DNA of 64,000 nucleotides, taken from positions 1,063-65,062 of the forward strand of contig CAZKYO010000015.1 of assembly GCA_964557115.1 (NCBI GenBank). Direction: 5' to 3'. Source of the DNA: an uncultured Gemmatimonadaceae bacterium. GTDB taxonomy: Bacteria > Gemmatimonadota > Gemmatimonadetes > Gemmatimonadales > GWC2-71-9. Made by a program: the position numbers and the translations under genes. The first letter of the stretch is position 1, and each line of letters begins with the position of its first letter. This document shows positions 63,350 through 64,000 of the stretch, piece by piece. The notes under the pieces were generated by a model. The model had not been told where the DNA came from, did not search any database, and saw only the letters and a program-made list of their open reading frames with translations.

Positions 63350-64000
63350 ATGGATCTACTCAAGCTTTGGTCGGACGCCGGGCTCTTCGCCCGCTCGATC
63401 GTGGTCGTGCTCGCGATCATGTCGGTCTGGTCGCTCACCGTGGCGCTCCAGAAGTGGCTGAAGATCCGCAAGAGCGAGGCGGCGACCCGCAAGTTCGCGC
63501 CGCAGTTCTCGCGCGCCATCCAGGAGGAGAACCTGGACCAGGCGATCGCGCTGGCCGAGAAGAACAAGGACTCGCACGTGTCGCGGGTGCTCGGGGGCGC
63601 GCTCTCCGAGGTCAAGCCGCTGCTGCGTGACCGCGCCACCATCACCGCCGCCGACATCAACTCGGCCGAGCGCGCGGTGGAGCGCCAGATGATGATCGTC
63701 CTCTCCGAGTTCAAGCGCGGCTCGGGCATCCTGGGCACGGTCGGCGCCACGGCGCCGTTCGTCGGCCTCCTCGGCACCACGATGGGCATCGTGAACGCGT
63801 TCCAGGCGATGTCGGCCGGCGGCGCGTCGGGCGGCCTCGCCGGCATCGGCGCCGGCATCGCCGAGGCGCTCATCACGACCGCCTTCGGCCTCCTCGTCGC
63901 GATCCCGGCGGTGTGGTTCTACAACTACTTCACCACCAAGACCGAGAACCTCTCCGTCGAGATGACCTACACCTCGAAGGAGCTGATCGACTACCTGATC
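63350..64000 (+). CDS. exbB: MotA/TolQ/ExbB proton-channel protein (3' end beyond the window)
   Basis: The ATG at 63350 stays open to the window end and is absent from the ORF track because no stop is reached. TAPFVGLLGTTMGIVNAF and EALITTAFGLLVAIPAV are ExbB/TolQ signatures. Confidence 0.85.
   Translation, partial: MDLLKLWSDAGLFARSIVVVLAIMSVWSLTVALQKWLKIRKSEAATRKFAPQFSRAIQEENLDQAIALAEKNKDSHVSRVLGGALSEVKPLLRDRATITAADINSAERAVERQMMIVLSEFKRGSGILGTVGATAPFVGLLGTTMGIVNAFQAMSAGGASGGLAGIGAGIAEALITTAFGLLVAIPAVWFYNYFTTKTENLSVEMTYTSKELIDYLI

Overview
Visibly very GC-rich bacterial chromosomal segment (GC not computed). The gene content points to a diderm: TolC-type, TonB/ExbB, lipoprotein and beta-barrel genes. 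I support 56 protein-coding genes (two of them cut by the window ends), one tRNA-Ala(TGC), and no rRNA, CRISPR array, transposase or integrase. Most long ORFs in the six-frame track are antisense or out-of-frame artefacts of the high GC, recognisable by Arg/Pro/Gly-rich, motif-free translations. Several listed ORFs also carry spurious N-terminal extensions, which I trimmed to starts that fit 4-nt ATGA/GTGA stop-start overlaps. Such overlaps occur at more than a dozen junctions and define the operons. Modules in order: (1) a four-gene multihaem-cytochrome plus beta-barrel cluster (1286-7752; 42 CXXCH and 3 CX4CH motifs by my count), which I rate the most interesting as a candidate porin-cytochrome trans-envelope electron conduit; (2) DUF1684 and a DAACS symporter; (3) a copper/silver-type island: small His/Cys-rich ORF, CusCBA-like RND pump, CopB-type CPH P-type ATPase; (4) TetR plus acyl-CoA dehydrogenase; (5) two tandem paralogous membrane Ser/Thr kinases with atypical catalytic loops; (6) queF, dinB, hydrolase, dehydrogenase, SpoU methyltransferase; (7) a complete Alternative Complex III operon actABCDEF; (8) an ECF sigma/anti-sigma pair; (9) a five-gene operon that looks like a ceramide/sphingolipid pathway (Spt-like, GNAT, SDR/epimerase) extended by a PAP2 transferase and a Cys-cluster protein; (10) hemY-like, aldehyde dehydrogenase, HAD-GT20 fusion (glucosylglycerol-phosphate synthase/phosphatase-like), dodecin, M19 dipeptidase, DUF853 ATPase; (11) tRNA-Ala, SurA-like PPIase, DUF167; (12) a membrane protein-SOD-peroxiredoxin-HK-RR-HK string; (13) tonB-exbB. 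Outside the genes, five intergenic loci carry low-complexity arrays with a strict 7-nt period. Three of them form long inverted arms, and this looks like a genome-specific element class. Several candidate operator sites are also reported. All functional calls rest on motif recognition by eye, with no database search run.
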